64,000 nucleotides of DNA from Candidatus Moraniibacteriota bacterium (GTDB lineage: Bacteria; Patescibacteriota; Minisyncoccia; Moranbacterales; UBA1568), in NCBI GenBank assembly GCA_016699975.1, contig CP064994.1:554167-618166 (forward strand). The letters are read 5' to 3'. The notes beneath the pieces were generated by a model. The model ran no database searches and was not told where the DNA came from. It saw nothing but the letters and a program-made list of their open reading frames with translations. Made by a program: the position numbers and the translations under genes. Shown piece after piece: positions 19,006-28,713 of the stretch (positions are counted from its first letter, which is position 1; each line of letters opens with the position of its first letter).

Positions 19006-19926
19006 TTACCGCCATTTACTCGTGATATATCCTACTCCTCCAAAGCCGAATTCGCAGGTTTTCATGAAAAGCATACCAACACCGACGAGAGGATTCTTGA
19101 AGAGTTTTTTCGGTTGAGCGAAAAAGAGTCGGTAGCGAGAAAGTATACCTGTCTGATGGTCCACGTTGTCGGTTTTGCCCCGGTTCTTTTCGGTGTATTT
19201 CGCGAACTTCTGTGCGTAATAGAACTTTTTCTTCACAGTTTTCCAAAGATTGATTCGCCCTTCATTGTGATAAATAAAGTCATTGATTCTCCCGATTTTT
19301 CCATGCTGTTCAATTCTTTGGGAAAGATCCCAGTCTTCGCCCGATACCATGGATTCGTCGTATCCGCCCACCTTCTCGAAGATATCGCGACGAAAGAATC
19401 GAGCCGCTTCCATCCAGGGAATGCCGACGTAAAAACTTTTTTCGAGTTTTTTGCATTTGGCCCAGAATCCTTCCCCATAGGATTCTTCCGGAACGATAAC
19501 ACCAACGCTCTCCGGATGTGACTCCAGAACGGAGACGCAGGAAGCGAGAATGTTCGGGGCGAGTTTCATGTCGGAGTCAATAATGAAAACGAAGGTTCCG
19601 TGCGATTTCGAAACGCCGAAATTTCTTTGGGTGCAGCGCTCCGGTCCTTTTTGAAAAACCTGGTCGGCGTATTGAAGGGCGATGTCGCGAGTTTTGTCGG
19701 TAGAGAAATTATCGACAACGATGAGCTCGATTTTCCCGGTGAAAATCTGCGATCTCACTGAGGAGAGGCAGGCTTCGAGAAATGGCTCGGAATTTTTGGT
19801 GGGGACAATGACAGAGACGAGCGGGGAGTCTGTCGAAACGCTGGTCTTCTCGTCTTTGGGAGTGAAGGGCGCAGTAGGGGAGGAAGGCGCTTTTTTGGTG
19901 GGATCGAGGTGAGGAAGTGGCGTCAT
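19006..19926 (-). CDS. Glycosyltransferase family 2
   Basis: VSVIVPTKNSEPFLEACLSSV, DSD, GEDWDL: GT2 (GT-A) motifs. Confidence 0.85.
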   Translation of the reverse strand: MTPLPHLDPTKKAPSSPTAPFTPKDEKTSVSTDSPLVSVIVPTKNSEPFLEACLSSVRSQIFTGKIELIVVDNFSTDKTRDIALQYADQVFQKGPERCTQRNFGVSKSHGTFVFIIDSDMKLAPNILASCVSVLESHPESVGVIVPEESYGEGFWAKCKKLEKSFYVGIPWMEAARFFRRDIFEKVGGYDESMVSGEDWDLSQRIEQHGKIGRINDFIYHNEGRINLWKTVKKKFYYAQKFAKYTEKNRGKTDNVDHQTGILSRYRLFFAQPKKLFKNPLVGVGMLFMKTCEFGFGGVGYITSKWR

Positions 19927-20083
19927 AGGAAAAAGGTAAATTCAAAAAAAGAGGCACTCGCATTCTTTCTCCCTGAACAACAGGAATATCGAGGAGTGAG
20001 CTTTGGATACTGGTGTCAAAAGAGAGGAGACGAAAAACTGTGACGAAATGAGCTTTCGGATTTCTGGGATTCTTATCGAATTC

Positions 20084-21187
20084 TTATCGTTTGAGGCGAA
20101 GGAGAAGCGATTCAAATACGTCTGCCGTATGATCGAAGGTAAAAGAGCGGCTGTGTTCGAGTGCGTTTTTTTGGAGCGTTGTGTAGCGATCTTTGTCTTC
20201 GAGCAGGGAGACGAGCTCTTTTGCGAGCGCCTCGGGGCTCGTATCGGTCAAGATTCCGGTTTCCCCGTCTTTCACGGCTTCGGTAAATCCATCGACCCGG
20301 TAGACGACCGAGGGTGTTCCCGAAGCGGCGGCTTCGATCACGACGAGGCCGAACCCTTCTTTTACAGAAGCGCTTGAGAGGATATGCGCGCACCGCAAAA
20401 GCTCTGCCTTTTTTTCTTCCGAGACAAAACCGAAAAATGTGATGTCGGCGTCGTCTTTATTCTCTTGCTCGAGCTTTTTCTTGTATTCGTCTCCGCCTCC
20501 TACGATCCAGAGGGCGAGGTTCGGAATCGTTTTTTTGGCGAGCGCATAGGCGGCGATGAGGTCACTCACCCCTTTCATCTTGGCGACTCGACCCACAAAG
20601 ATAATGGTAGGGCGTGTTTCCTTTTGGGCGTCTTCACTGCGGGCGATCGGCGTCAAGGTAATCGCTTCGGGGATAATGGCGATGTGGCGCGGAGAAATAC
20701 CAACCGATTCGAGATCGCGCTTGGTCGCTTCTGAGACGGTGAGAAATGGTGTTTTGCGGTAGGGAAGGAAGAAAAACTTTTCCAGCGTGTAGCCGATTCT
20801 TCCGATCGGAAAGGGAAACATCCGGAGCCATATTTCGCGCGCCACTTCGTGAATGAAGGCGACTTTCCGTACGCCTCGAGCGTAGAGTGGCGTCATAAAG
20901 GGGATGCCGTGAATCTGATCGACCACGATATCAAAGCGCTCTTTTCGAAGTTTCGTCCACCACAGAAGAAAAACCCACAAATGAACACCGAGCTTTTCAC
21001 CGCCTCTCCGAATGATGCGGTACCCGTCTCTCATTTCTTCGCGCTGTGCGCCTGGGAAGAAGGTGGTGACCAGGGTGAGGCGGTGCCCACGTAAGACGAG
21101 GCGCTTTGCCACTTCTTCTGTGACGACTTCCGCTCCGCCGGAGCGAGGGTTTTTGAGATCACGCCAATTGAGAAAGAGGAGATTCAT
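20084..21187 (-). CDS. Glycosyltransferase family 4
   Basis: GT4 N-domain plus EX7E motif VKEGFGLVVIEAAASGTPSVVYRVDG. Overlaps the upstream GT2 gene by 4 nt (21184-21187), suggesting translational coupling. Confidence 0.85.
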   Translation of the reverse strand: MNLLFLNWRDLKNPRSGGAEVVTEEVAKRLVLRGHRLTLVTTFFPGAQREEMRDGYRIIRRGGEKLGVHLWVFLLWWTKLRKERFDIVVDQIHGIPFMTPLYARGVRKVAFIHEVAREIWLRMFPFPIGRIGYTLEKFFFLPYRKTPFLTVSEATKRDLESVGISPRHIAIIPEAITLTPIARSEDAQKETRPTIIFVGRVAKMKGVSDLIAAYALAKKTIPNLALWIVGGGDEYKKKLEQENKDDADITFFGFVSEEKKAELLRCAHILSSASVKEGFGLVVIEAAASGTPSVVYRVDGFTEAVKDGETGILTDTSPEALAKELVSLLEDKDRYTTLQKNALEHSRSFTFDHTADVFESLLLRLKR

Positions 21188-22119
21188 CGCTTTTTTCGAA
21201 TGATGTAGAGCGGCCGGTTTTGCGTTTCAGTATGGATGTGCGCGATGTAGAAGGCGAGGAGCCCGAGAGAGACGAGCACGACTCCGACCAGAAAGAGAAT
21301 CAGGTTTGCAAGAATCGCGGGGCCCGAGAAGGAGAGTCCCCATACAAAAAGATAGCGGTCGAGCAGCATGACGATACCGAGAATGCTCGAGAGGATGATA
21401 ATCGTAATGCCGATATAGCCCGCGAGACGAAGAGGGAAAAGACTGTGTGCGACCAGGCTTTCGAGTGCGAGGGAGACAAGCTTTTTCATGTCGTAGGAAG
21501 CGGTGCCGTGGAGCCGATTGGGAGCGGTAAAGGGAATAAAGGCGCGGCGAAAACCAAGCCAATCGATAAGGCCACGCGTCATGCGGCTCCGCTCGGTGAG
21601 GGCGTTGAATTCGTCGGCGACACCGCGGTCAATAAGTCGAAAGTCGGTGGCACGCGGCACGATATCCGTTTGCGAGACGGCTCGGATCAGTTTGTAGAAG
21701 AGGCGCGAGCCCATGCGTTTGAGGCGCGTATCGCTCGCGTCGTTTTTGCGTACGCCGATCACCACTTCCGCGCCGTTTCGCCACTTCTCTATGAATTTCG
21801 GAATGAGTTCGGGTGGATGCTGCAAGTCAGCATCCATGGAGAGGATGAGATCGCCTGTTGCGGCGCGGATTCCCGCGGTGGTCGCCGCTTCTTTCCCGAA
21901 ATTTCGGGAAAAATCAAGAACGCGCACTGTTTCCGGATGGGCGTTTTCGAGATGCGTGAGTTGAGTGAGGGAGTCATCGCGACTTCCGTCATTCACGAAG
22001 ATTATTTCAAACGAGAGATCGGGACACGTCTTTGTGAGGACGTCGGAGACTCTTTCGAACAAGACGGGAACATTCTTCGCTTCGTTGTAGACGGGAACGA
22101 CGATGGAAATTCGAGACAT
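21184..22119 (-). CDS. Polyprenyl-phosphate glycosyltransferase, GT2 (DPM1/GtrB/ArnC-like) with C-terminal TM helices
   Basis: MSRISIVVPVYNEAKNV...FVNDGSRDDS...MDADLQHPPE plus 2 C-terminal TM helices. Start placed at Met 22119 (the longer ORF extends to 22257). Confidence 0.85.
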   Translation of the reverse strand: MSRISIVVPVYNEAKNVPVLFERVSDVLTKTCPDLSFEIIFVNDGSRDDSLTQLTHLENAHPETVRVLDFSRNFGKEAATTAGIRAATGDLILSMDADLQHPPELIPKFIEKWRNGAEVVIGVRKNDASDTRLKRMGSRLFYKLIRAVSQTDIVPRATDFRLIDRGVADEFNALTERSRMTRGLIDWLGFRRAFIPFTAPNRLHGTASYDMKKLVSLALESLVAHSLFPLRLAGYIGITIIILSSILGIVMLLDRYLFVWGLSFSGPAILANLILFLVGVVLVSLGLLAFYIAHIHTETQNRPLYIIRKKR

Positions 22120-22253
22120 CAAGAAATCAGTCAGATGGATTAGAGGGCAGCCGTTTCTCTTTCGAGCGGATTGGAGTTTGGAAAAACTCAATACCCGACG
22201 ATTCAGTGTACCGAATTTTTGTCCGAGGGGCAAATATTTTCTTGAAAAAAATG

Positions 22254-23612
22254 TCAATGATTTTTGATATTTCTGTATTTTTCAAAGACGAACACGAGTA
22301 AAAATGAAACAAAGAGAACAACGTTTGCAATGAGTTCGGCCCGAACGATCGAATGAATCGTGGGGTGAGTGGTGAAGAAGCTCGCGATGAAAGCGACGGT
22401 CACAAAGGTGTAAGGAACGAGAAACAGTCGAGAGAGTTTTGCAAGAAAATGGTAGAGAAAAACTGTTGAGAGCGATCCGAAAAACATAGCGAGACCGAAT
22501 TCTGGAAGAAAGGGCGCCGCCAAGAGGTAGCGTGTTCCAAAGAGAATGGTTACGACCGGCACGGAGAAAAATAAAAAGAGGAGGAGGCAGACGGCGCCTG
22601 TTCCGCCCACAATCATGAAGGCGAGCGCGAGGAGTCGGTCAGCTTTCTTTCGTGCGCGTTTGGGCGCGTCCGCACGTTCCGCGGGTGCATCTTCGGGGAG
22701 GGTGGCGGCGGTCATGGGGAGGAGCACGGTGACGATGGCACTCCCGCCATAGGTGATGATCCGTCCCATAACGGCGACGGCACTCAAAATTCCCGCATCC
22801 CCCGCCTCGAGAACGCGTTTTCCGAGAACCACATCAATATTGCCGAAGAGGGCAAGGAGAAGGGTTGCACCAAAGGCGACAGGAAAGTACGGCGGAACAT
22901 TTCGGAAGGTGTTTCGGAGGGCGGCGACTTTCGAAAGGGGCTCCTGGGGATCTTTCGAGCGAAAAGAGAGGAATGATGATGAGGGGAAAAATTTCCGGAG
23001 AGCGGGAACTGAGAGGAGATAACGATGGGCAAGGAGAGTGCTTCCGACGAGCGCCATACTGACTCCCCCTGCTCCGAAACCGATCAGCACAAGCGCGACA
23101 CTCCCGAAAAGTTTCGTGACGGTGGTGATGATGCTTGAAAGTGAGAGTGCGCGAAAGTTTTGGAGTCCCTGCGCGACACTCATCGAAATGGAGATCGCGA
23201 TCGAGGCGGGAACAACGAGTGACAAAAGGAGGAGTGGCGTCGTATGAATTTCAAAGAAACGAGCGGCAAGCGGAGCGAGTGCGGCGAGGAAGGCGGTTGA
23301 CGCGATGCCGAGCGCGAATGAAACGCGACGAGTGAGCCGAACGAGCGATCGTATTTCTTCGTGCTTCCCGGCATTTTGAAGGACGGCGATTCGTTGCGTG
23401 AGGAGGATGCGAAGCGCGGCAAGCGGTGCGGTGAGGAGCATGGAGAGCGTGACGAGGAGCGCCACTTCGCCGTATTCCTCGGGAGAAAGGAGGCGCCCCA
23501 GGACGAGATTGAAGGCGTAGTTCAAAACATTCGTGGTCATGCTCCCTATGAGCACGATCGCACTTCCAGAGAGAAACGGATTCTCTCGAAAAAAAGTGAG
23601 CAGTCGTTTCAT
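22254..23612 (-). CDS. Oligosaccharide flippase (Wzx/MOP superfamily, polysaccharide biosynthesis protein)
   Basis: About 12-14 TM helices. N-terminus ...VLIGSMTTNVLNYAFNLVLGRLLSPEEYGEVAL... is typical of PF01943. Start taken at MKRLLTF (23612). Confidence 0.75.
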   Translation of the reverse strand: MKRLLTFFRENPFLSGSAIVLIGSMTTNVLNYAFNLVLGRLLSPEEYGEVALLVTLSMLLTAPLAALRILLTQRIAVLQNAGKHEEIRSLVRLTRRVSFALGIASTAFLAALAPLAARFFEIHTTPLLLLSLVVPASIAISISMSVAQGLQNFRALSLSSIITTVTKLFGSVALVLIGFGAGGVSMALVGSTLLAHRYLLSVPALRKFFPSSSFLSFRSKDPQEPLSKVAALRNTFRNVPPYFPVAFGATLLLALFGNIDVVLGKRVLEAGDAGILSAVAVMGRIITYGGSAIVTVLLPMTAATLPEDAPAERADAPKRARKKADRLLALAFMIVGGTGAVCLLLFLFFSVPVVTILFGTRYLLAAPFLPEFGLAMFFGSLSTVFLYHFLAKLSRLFLVPYTFVTVAFIASFFTTHPTIHSIVRAELIANVVLFVSFLLVFVFEKYRNIKNH

Positions 23613-23733
23613 GTGAAATAGCATAGCAGAAAGATCGAAGAGGGGAAGTGTCGCTTTCTGCCTTAGCATCTCTTTCTTGCTCCGAAGCGGGGTTTTGCTA
23701 GAATAGGACGGTAGGGGTATTTTTCTCGACCTT

Positions 23734-24684
23734 ATGGAATCTCATGCGATGCGACCGAAATACTCGGTAGTGGTGCCTTTGTATAACGAAGAAGGCAATG
23801 TGAAAGCGCTTCACGAGCGCATCGTTTCGACGCTCCGTGCCTTGGGCGCGCCTTTTGAAATTCTCTTTGTTGACGATGGATCGAAAGACGAAACGGTTGC
23901 TACGTGCCGTACCCTCTCTCCCCTCACGCTTATTTTGCTGCGGAAAAACTTTGGTCAGAGCGCGGCATTTGATGGGGGATTCAAGCAGGCGGCGGGAGAC
24001 ATTATCATCACGATGGACGGTGACCTTCAAAACGATCCTGCGGATATTCCGAATCTCCTGAAGAAACTCGAAGAAGGATATGACGTGGTCGCTGGTTGGC
24101 GCGTGAAGCGCAAAGACTCGCTTGAGAAAATTATTTTTTCGCGTGTCGCGAATATGCTTCGATCGATTCTCATTCACGATGGGATTCATGATTCGGGCTG
24201 TAGTCTCAAGGTGTACCGACGCGAGTGCTTCGAGGACTTCGACCTCTTCGGCGAGATGCACCGTTTTATTCCCGCGCTTCTTGAAATTCGCGGTTTTCGA
24301 GTCGCCGAAATTCCTGTTTCGCACCATCCGCGTGTTCACGGTGTGACAAAATACAACTGGAAGCGCGGCGTAAAAGGATTTGTCGACATGCTCGCCGTGT
24401 GGTTTTGGCGAACGTATTCGCATCGGCCCGTCCACCTCTTCGGCGGCTCCGGCTTTTTCTTGTCCGTCGTGGGATTTGGTATTCTCTCGTGGATGTTCAT
24501 TGAGAAGGTGTTTTTCGGTGCGTCTCTTTCCGAGCGAATCTGGCCGATGATAGGGATCTTCCTCCTCCTTGCGGGAATACAACTTTTCATTTTTGGCCTC
24601 ATGACGGATATGCTCGTTCGCTCTTACTATCGAGGACGCGGTGCGATGAATTACACGATTCGGTCGGTGATCGAGCAAAGGTAA
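23734..24684 (+). CDS. Polyprenyl-phosphate glycosyltransferase, GT2 (GtrB/DPM1-like)
   Basis: YSVVVPLYNEEGNV...FVDDGSKDET...MDGDLQNDP plus C-terminal TM helices. Confidence 0.85.
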   Translation: MESHAMRPKYSVVVPLYNEEGNVKALHERIVSTLRALGAPFEILFVDDGSKDETVATCRTLSPLTLILLRKNFGQSAAFDGGFKQAAGDIIITMDGDLQNDPADIPNLLKKLEEGYDVVAGWRVKRKDSLEKIIFSRVANMLRSILIHDGIHDSGCSLKVYRRECFEDFDLFGEMHRFIPALLEIRGFRVAEIPVSHHPRVHGVTKYNWKRGVKGFVDMLAVWFWRTYSHRPVHLFGGSGFFLSVVGFGILSWMFIEKVFFGASLSERIWPMIGIFLLLAGIQLFIFGLMTDMLVRSYYRGRGAMNYTIRSVIEQR

Positions 24685-24933
24685 CGATTCATTTTTTTGT
24701 TTTTTTCTCTCTCCTTCCTTCTCTCCTTCGGGATTCCTCTTGTGATATTTGCTCCGCCAACTTCTTGTGGCACTCGACTTCGTTTTCGATTCGAGAGGAA
24801 CGAGGTGTGCGAAGAGGAATATTTCGAGAGTCTTTCTCAAAAAATGTGAAGAGATGGAGAGACGTCCTTCATTAAACGATCGGCTGCTCTCGAGAGCGGA
24901 GGAAGGGAGAGAGCTCTCTTGTATCAAAACTCT

Positions 24934-26244
24934 ATGAAACTCACTTTTGTCGGATCGGGATATGTCGGACTCGTCTCCGGCGCTTGTATGGCAGAGATTG
25001 GGCACACGGTTATTTGTGCTGATACGGATCGCAAGAAAATCGAACTCTTGGAGCAGGGGAAAATCCCAATCTACGAGTTTGGGCTCGAAGAACTCGTGAA
25101 GGAAAATGTGTCGCAGGGGAGACTCTCTTTTACTGCCGATATCGATTATGCTCTTCGCGAAGCGGAAGCAGTCTTTCTTGGAGTCGGTACGCCGCCCGAT
25201 CCCGAAACGGGTGAGGCGGACCTTCGGTATGTCTTTGCGGTTGCCGAGACATTTGCGAAAAATCTCGATCGGTATCGCGTGCTCATCAACAAATCAACGG
25301 TGCCCGTGGGGACAGCTGAGCGTATCCGTGACATCGTAAGAAGTATTGCGGGCGACCAGAAAGCATTCGACGTCGTTTCGAATCCGGAATTTCTCCGGGA
25401 GGGAACGGCCGTCAAAGATTTCCTGAATCCGGATCGCGTTGTCGTTGGTACCGACTCGGATCGGGCAAGAGCCGTGCTTGAAAAAATATATCGTCCGGTT
25501 GCCCGTGCGGGCCGCCCGATTCTCTTTACGGACATCCGAAGCGCGGAAATTATCAAGTATGCTTCCAATGCTTTCCTCGCAACGAAAATAGCGTTCATCA
25601 ATGAAGTTGCGAATTTTTGCGCGCTCGCAGGAGGCAATGTGAAAGAAGTGGCGCGCGGCATGGGATTTGATCCTCGTATTGGTTCTCGATTTCTGTCGGC
25701 TGGAGTGGGTTTCGGTGGATCGTGTTTCCCGAAAGATGTCCGAGCCCTCATTCATACGTGCACGCAGTATGGTTTCGATTTTTCGATTCTGAAAGCAGTT
25801 GAAGCTTCGAATGATCATCAGAAATTGCTCCCCCTTGGTATCCTCACAAAAGCGCTCGGTTCGCTTCAGGGAAAGAAGATTGCCGTTTGGGGACTTTCCT
25901 TTAAACCTCGCACCGACGATGTGCGGGAAGCTCCAGCACTTCTTCTTATCGAACACTTGTTGAAGGCGGGCGCCGTCGTCGCGGCATTCGACCCTGTTGC
26001 GACGGAGAATGCGAAAGCGGTGCTTCCGAGCGATGAGCATCTCTTTTTCGCACGTGATTTCATGGAGGCAGTCGATGGTGCGGAAGCACTCGTTGTCGTG
26101 ACAGAGTGGGATGAATTCCGTACCGCGGCTTTCTCTCAACTTGCGCTGCGGATGGCGCGGAAAATCATTGTGGACGGACGGAATATTTTCGAGCGTTCCG
26201 AAGCGGAAGCGGCCGGATTTACGTATTATGGAGTGGGGGTCTAA
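24934..26244 (+). CDS. ugd: UDP-glucose 6-dehydrogenase
   Basis: MKLTFVGSGYVGLVSGACMAEIGH (Rossmann N-terminus). Catalytic GFGGSCFPKDV motif. About 436 aa. Confidence 0.85.
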   Translation: MKLTFVGSGYVGLVSGACMAEIGHTVICADTDRKKIELLEQGKIPIYEFGLEELVKENVSQGRLSFTADIDYALREAEAVFLGVGTPPDPETGEADLRYVFAVAETFAKNLDRYRVLINKSTVPVGTAERIRDIVRSIAGDQKAFDVVSNPEFLREGTAVKDFLNPDRVVVGTDSDRARAVLEKIYRPVARAGRPILFTDIRSAEIIKYASNAFLATKIAFINEVANFCALAGGNVKEVARGMGFDPRIGSRFLSAGVGFGGSCFPKDVRALIHTCTQYGFDFSILKAVEASNDHQKLLPLGILTKALGSLQGKKIAVWGLSFKPRTDDVREAPALLLIEHLLKAGAVVAAFDPVATENAKAVLPSDEHLFFARDFMEAVDGAEALVVVTEWDEFRTAAFSQLALRMARKIIVDGRNIFERSEAEAAGFTYYGVGV

Positions 26245-26410
26245 AGTGTTTCTCTCTTTCTGCTGATTCGGGAGCCACATGAAAGCGCGTCACCTTCTGG
26301 AAGAGCGTGGAGAAGAAAGAGAATACCCGCTTCACTCAAGAGCCCGAAGGCGAGACACAAGAGAATGGGCAAGATGAAAAGCTGAAACTCTCAACTCTCT
26401 TTCAAGAACC

Positions 26411-27582
26411 ATGAAGATTCTTCTTCACAATTATGAATATCCACCGCTTGGCGGGGGAGCAGGGAATGCGACCGAATACCTCTTGAAGGAATTCGCGAAA
26501 TTTTCTGATATAGAGGTGACGGTAGTGACGTCGTCAATCGACGACGTGCACCGTATTGAGTATCCAGCTCCGCACATTCGGATCGAGCGTCTCCCGGTTG
26601 GCAAAAAACCGGCGCGAAAGATCTTCACTTTCAATCGAAGAAAAATTTGGTTGCGTACGCCTGGAAGTCCTGGTTGTTTTCCCGCAAGATTCTCCGCCAG
26701 GAACGATTTGATCTTTTGCACGCATTCTTCTCGGTGCCCTCGGGGTTTGTGGCGCTCCTCCTTCGTCTTGAGTTCGGCGTACCTTTTCTGGTGTCGCTTC
26801 GCGGTTCCGATGTTCCGGGCTACAGCGAGCGCTTCAAAAACATGTACCCGCTTCTTCGCCCGGTGACACGATCTATTTGGCGACATGCTGCGCGTGTTAT
26901 CGCAAACAGTGAGGGCCTTCGCACGCTCGCGCTCCTTACTGATGCTTCTCGCGATATTGCCATTATCCGAAACGGCGTTGATACCGAAGAATTCTTCCCC
27001 GTGCCGCGCGAGTATACGGCTCGTCCCGAAGTTCCGTTTCGCATTCTGGCGATCGCGCGTCTTACGCCGCGAAAGGGTTTGCGAACGCTTCTCGAAGCGA
27101 TGCTCATCCTTCAAAATCGCAAGCAACGAGTTTTTACACTCGATATCGCCGGAGACGGGGACGAGCGCCTCATGCTCGAAACCTTTGTTCGTGAGAAAGG
27201 GCTCTCCGATCGCGTGCGATTTCTCGGGCGCGTGCCACACCGCGATATTGTGCCGCTCTACCATCGCGCACACGTGTATGTGCTCCCCTCCTTAAGCGAA
27301 GGAATGAGCAACAACGTGCTCGAGGCGATTGCCTCCGGGCTCCCCATTATTACGACGGATACGGGTGGCACGCGCGAATTGGTCGAGGAAGGACGAAACG
27401 GATGTGTGATCAGAATGAACGATCCCGAGCACATTGTGGAGAAGATCGTCTTTCTTGCCGAGCATCCCGAGCAGGCCCGGCTTTATGGTATGGAGAGTCG
27501 TCGGCGAGCGCTCGAACTTGGGTGGGTCGAAGTAGCAAAATCATACAGAAAAGCCTACCAAGATATCACCAAAAGCTCATAA
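26411..27582 (+). CDS. Glycosyltransferase family 4, frame broken in a poly-A tract (26604-26609 or 26641-26645; apparent 1-nt deletion)
   Basis: Frame A gives the N-terminus MKILLHNYEYPPLGGGAGNATEYLL.... Frame B from about 26650 gives ...KILRQERFDLLHAF...PFLVSLRGSDV...LPSLSEGMSNNVLEAIASGLPIITTD. Adding one A restores a continuous GT4. Confidence 0.7.
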
Positions 27583-27611
27583 AAATTTTTTGTGAGGATT
27601 GTCTCAATCGT

Positions 27612-28591
27612 ATGCTGCTCGAAACGAAAAAATCCGAAAAAAGAAAGCCCTTGTCTTTTGCTTTCAAGCTCTTGGTATCAGTCGGATTTGTGTCATGGCT
27701 TCTCTTTCGTCTCGACTGGACGGACGTCATGAAGCGGATTTTGGAAGTTGATGGAAACTATCTTCTTCTGTATCTTGCCCTTCTTCTTTTCGGAATGTTT
27801 CTTTCTGCAAAAAAGTGGCGACTCCCTGCTCAGCATAAAGGCTTTGCTCGTCCGCAAGGCGATTTCTTCCAGGCGTATTTGACGGGCGCCTTTATCAATA
27901 ATTTTTCCCTTCCACCATTGGGGGCGATACGTATCGTGCTCTGTGGCTCGGTCGCCGAGACGGAAAACTTTCGCCTGCGATTTCGACGGTGCTTATCGAC
28001 CGATTCACAGGGCTGTGGGCTGCCATGGTGCTCGCTCTCTTTTTTTCGCTCTTTCATTGGGAGCTTGTGCTCGCGCATCCTTTTTGGCTATTTTTAAACG
28101 CGCTTATCGTCGTTTTGCTCATCCTTGATTTTCTACCTCTTCTGCTGCGGAAAATTCCCCGCGCGAAAAAATGGATCTCCCTGTTGCCGGAAAAAATTTT
28201 GCATCTCATTGGCGAACTGGGGAGCTATCCCTTTCGGAAAGTTATGGTGCCGGCACTTTTTCTTTCGCTTGTTTTTAATTTCGTAGGCGTCGGCCTTTCG
28301 AATCTCGTGCTTTTCCGGGCGCTGGGCGGAGGAGTGGAGCTCTTTGAATATTTGAGCGTCATTTTTTTGATTACGATCGTCTCGAGTATTCCAATAAGTA
28401 TAAATAACATCGGTCTCAAAGAATGGGCGTACGCGGTGTTTTTTGGGTATCTTGGAGCCTCGGTCGAGGCAGCGGTCACGGTTGCCTTGGTGAGCCGGAT
28501 CCTCCAGATGTTTGTGAGCTTTGCGTCTCTTCCTTTTTATCTGCGTTCCCGGGATCTTTTAGGACGAGAACAAGAAGGAGGAAGGCGCTGA
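27612..28591 (+). CDS. UPF0104 / lysyl-PG-synthase-TM-region-like flippase-like membrane protein, frame broken at T5 27902-27906
   Basis: Frame A: MLLETKKSEKRKPLSFAFKLLVSVGFVSWLLFRLDW...AFINNF. Frame B continues FFPSTIGGDTYRALWLGRRDGKLSPAISTVLIDRFTGLW..., which I recall as the PF03706 consensus. Adding one T joins them. Confidence 0.6.
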
Positions 28592-28635
28592 TTTTTTTCT
28601 GATTACCGTCCGGTATTTTTTGAGAGCGGCGAAAG

Positions 28636-28669
28636 GCAAAAACACCCGAGACTTTTCGAGTGTTTTTTT
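28636..28669. terminator. Bidirectional intrinsic terminator between convergent genes
   Basis: aaaaaCACCCGAGActtTTCGAGTGttttttt: about 8-bp stem with one mismatch, A-run upstream and T-run downstream. Confidence 0.45.
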
Positions 28670-28713
28670 GTTGCAAAGCTCTGGTGAAGGGGCGAGCGTT
28701 TCCGTTTTTTTCT

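Noticed and set aside
21220-22143. 307-aa plus-strand ORF
   Set aside because: Antisense to the GT2 (DPM1-like) gene. No motifs.
25146-26280. 201-aa and 328-aa minus-strand ORFs
   Set aside because: Antisense to ugd, which has unmistakable motifs.
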